A stretch of 64,000 nt of DNA from Nostoc sp. (GTDB taxonomy: Bacteria; Cyanobacteriota; Cyanobacteriia; Cyanobacteriales; Nostocaceae). Positions within the stretch are counted from its first letter, which is position 1. Each line of letters begins with the position of its first letter. The stretch is from the NCBI GenBank assembly GCA_036918135.1, contig JBALDB010000005.1, positions 1 through 64,000 of the forward strand, written 5' to 3'. Positions 62,238 to 64,000 of this stretch are shown piece by piece. The translations under genes were made by a program, and so were the position numbers. The notes beneath the pieces were generated by a model. That model was given only the letters and a program-made list of their open reading frames with translations, made no database searches and was not told the DNA's origin.

Positions 62238-62867
62238 ATGAGCCAATCCAATGTTATTCGCATCCTGATTGCTGACGATCATCCCATTTTGGGACAAGCT
62301 TTAACAATGTTTCTTCAATGTGAGCCAGATATGACTGTAATCGGCCATGCTGGCGACGGACGAGAAGCGTTAGAACTTTTCCGCCAACATCAGCCCGACG
62401 TGGTGCTGATGGAATTGCGAATGCCAAAGATGGAAGGTGCTGATGCGATCGCTGCTATCTGTGCTAAGTTTAAACACGCCCGGATAATTGTGTTGACTGG
62501 CTTTGATGGCGATGAAGATGTCTATCGCGGACTGCGGGCTGGTGCAAAGGGCTATATTCTTAAGGGGGCTGAACCGAAGGAACTTTTGGATGCGATTCGC
62601 ACCGTTCATAGAGGTCAAAAGTACATTCCGCCTAGTATAGCAGCCAAACTAGCCGAGCGAATGGGCAGCCAGGAATTGAGCAATCGCGAGTTGGAGGTGC
62701 TGCGTTTGATAGCGAAGGGCAAAAATAACCAGCAGATTAGCGCTGCTCTAAATATTGTTGAGAGTACCGTCAGGTTCCATGCTAATAATATTTTTGGCAA
62801 ATTGAAGGTGAGCGATCGGACTCAAGCGCTAGTCACCGCGCTGAATCGGGGGATTGTTAGGCTGTAG
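62238..62867 (+). CDS. NarL/FixJ-family response regulator (REC + LuxR HTH)
   Basis: IRILIADDH, PDVVLMELRMP, GAKGYILK, LSNRELEVL..STVRFH..KL.VSDRTQA. Confidence 0.93.
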   Translation: MSQSNVIRILIADDHPILGQALTMFLQCEPDMTVIGHAGDGREALELFRQHQPDVVLMELRMPKMEGADAIAAICAKFKHARIIVLTGFDGDEDVYRGLRAGAKGYILKGAEPKELLDAIRTVHRGQKYIPPSIAAKLAERMGSQELSNRELEVLRLIAKGKNNQQISAALNIVESTVRFHANNIFGKLKVSDRTQALVTALNRGIVRL

Positions 62868-63040
62868 TCGCATCTTCTCGACCTCACATTTTGATAGGTT
62901 TAAAACCCAACATTAAGCTAGTGACAAAGTTGAGCTTATTTTTTAGGCTTGGTATATCTACTTAGTTTTGGTTTGTACACCTGTGAGGAGGGCGATCAAA
63001 AGACTTGGATGGGGAGTTGAAAAAGAGCAAAGTTTATTTA

Positions 63041-63227
63041 AACTGATATCTTGCACCAATCTCAATAAACCGCCGAAGAATAAATTCCCCGGCTGATACC
63101 GCTCATTCGTCTAAAGATGACTGGACAAGAGTTTTAGTCCATTTCAATGGAATGCGTGCTAAAAGCTGTGGAAATTTATTTCTGGGCGGGTTTGGACGCT
63201 AATTGATAATGGTGCAAGATGTTAGTT
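63041..63227. mobile_element. MITE-like element with 18-bp imperfect TIRs and a long internal inverted repeat
   Basis: AACTGATATCTTGCACCA / TGGTGCAAGATGTTAGTT; inner CCGCCGAAGAATAAATT / AATTTATTCTGGGCGG. Confidence 0.75.
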
Positions 63228-63333
63228 AAAACAGGTGATATTCCAATTGGTAATTGCGAATATAAACCCTACTAATCTACCTAATTCATCATCAAATTTA
63301 CTTATTATTTAAAATAATTTATACCTATAGATC

Positions 63334-64000
63334 ATGAGTGTTTTCGAGAAATTATTACAAAAAACTGAAGAAAAAATCGCCCAAGTTATCTTTGATTTTA
63401 GTAACTTAATAATATTGGATTTTACTTTAGGCAGTGAAGTTAATGAACAAGAAATAACTATTGCTGGCTATAAGGTGGCACAAAGACTATATAAGCCTCT
63501 TTCCCAAAAATGGGCGTTGATTCAAAATGCACTTGGCTTAATCTACAGTGATCGGATGAAAGGTGAAAGGGCGGAAAATTTTGAACTAGCGATTGAAGCT
63601 TTTGAATTAGCGTTACAAGTCCGCACTCGTGAGAAGTTTCCCGAAGAATGGGCAGAGACGCAAACAAATCTTGGCATTACTTACTGCGATCGCATCAGGG
63701 GCAACAAAGCTAATAATTTAAAAGAAGCTATGAAGTCTTTCAAATCAGCTTTGAAAGTTTGTCAACCTAAGTCTGTACATTGGGCACAAATTCAAAATGA
63801 AATAGGATATGCTTACCTACAAATAGAAAAGAAAGGTAAAGCTGATCGCTTACTAAAAGAAGCTGCCATTAATGCTTTTACGTCAGCGTTAAACGTTTTT
63901 TCTCTTGAAAAATATCCTTCCTTTTGGGCTAAAACTCAAAAAAATCTTGGTACTGCTTATCTTCAAAGGAAAGAAGGAAATAAAGATGAGAATCTGGAAA
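63334..64000 (+). CDS. Tetratricopeptide-repeat protein (type often fused to a CHAT protease), runs off the window
   Basis: Open frame from ATG 63334 to the end, absent from the ORF track; repeats such as WAETQTNLGITYCDRIRG and AENFELAIEAFELALQVRTREKFPEE. Confidence 0.88.
   Translation, partial: MSVFEKLLQKTEEKIAQVIFDFSNLIILDFTLGSEVNEQEITIAGYKVAQRLYKPLSQKWALIQNALGLIYSDRMKGERAENFELAIEAFELALQVRTREKFPEEWAETQTNLGITYCDRIRGNKANNLKEAMKSFKSALKVCQPKSVHWAQIQNEIGYAYLQIEKKGKADRLLKEAAINAFTSALNVFSLEKYPSFWAKTQKNLGTAYLQRKEGNKDENLE

Overview
Chromosomal window from a filamentous, probably heterocyst-forming (Nostocales-type) cyanobacterium, judged from abundant HIP1 octamers (GCGATCGC), heptamer STRR tracts and dispersed palindromic repeats. 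Housekeeping genes include hemC, glgA, rnc, pilT, wecB, ldpA, two lepB copies, pyrC, tsaE, yvcK, ruvC, cax and a GH57 enzyme. There is also a sugar ABC transporter, a two-component/c-di-GMP cluster, several pseudogenes and many MITE-like elements. The most interesting signals are non-coding. (1) Two ydaO-type c-di-AMP riboswitches sit in one gene run: one ahead of an NrtBAD/CynABD-like ABC transporter, one ahead of a universal stress protein. (2) A 57-70 bp imperfect dsRNA stem, with G-U wobbles favouring the minus strand, lies upstream of an NYN ribonuclease gene adjacent to RNase III. (3) A ~0.7 kb multi-stem candidate ncRNA with an SD-sequestered small ORF and a small hydrophobic ORF follows a 42-bp tandem array at 31.4-33.2 kb. 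Protein-level oddities are a lepB duplicate with Ser->Ala at the nucleophile, a NarL regulator with Asp->Glu, a Lys20-type homocitrate synthase and in-frame repeat insertions in kinases and LdpA. No CRISPR array, rRNA, tRNA, transposase or reverse transcriptase was seen. All calls are by eye; no searches or folding programs were run.
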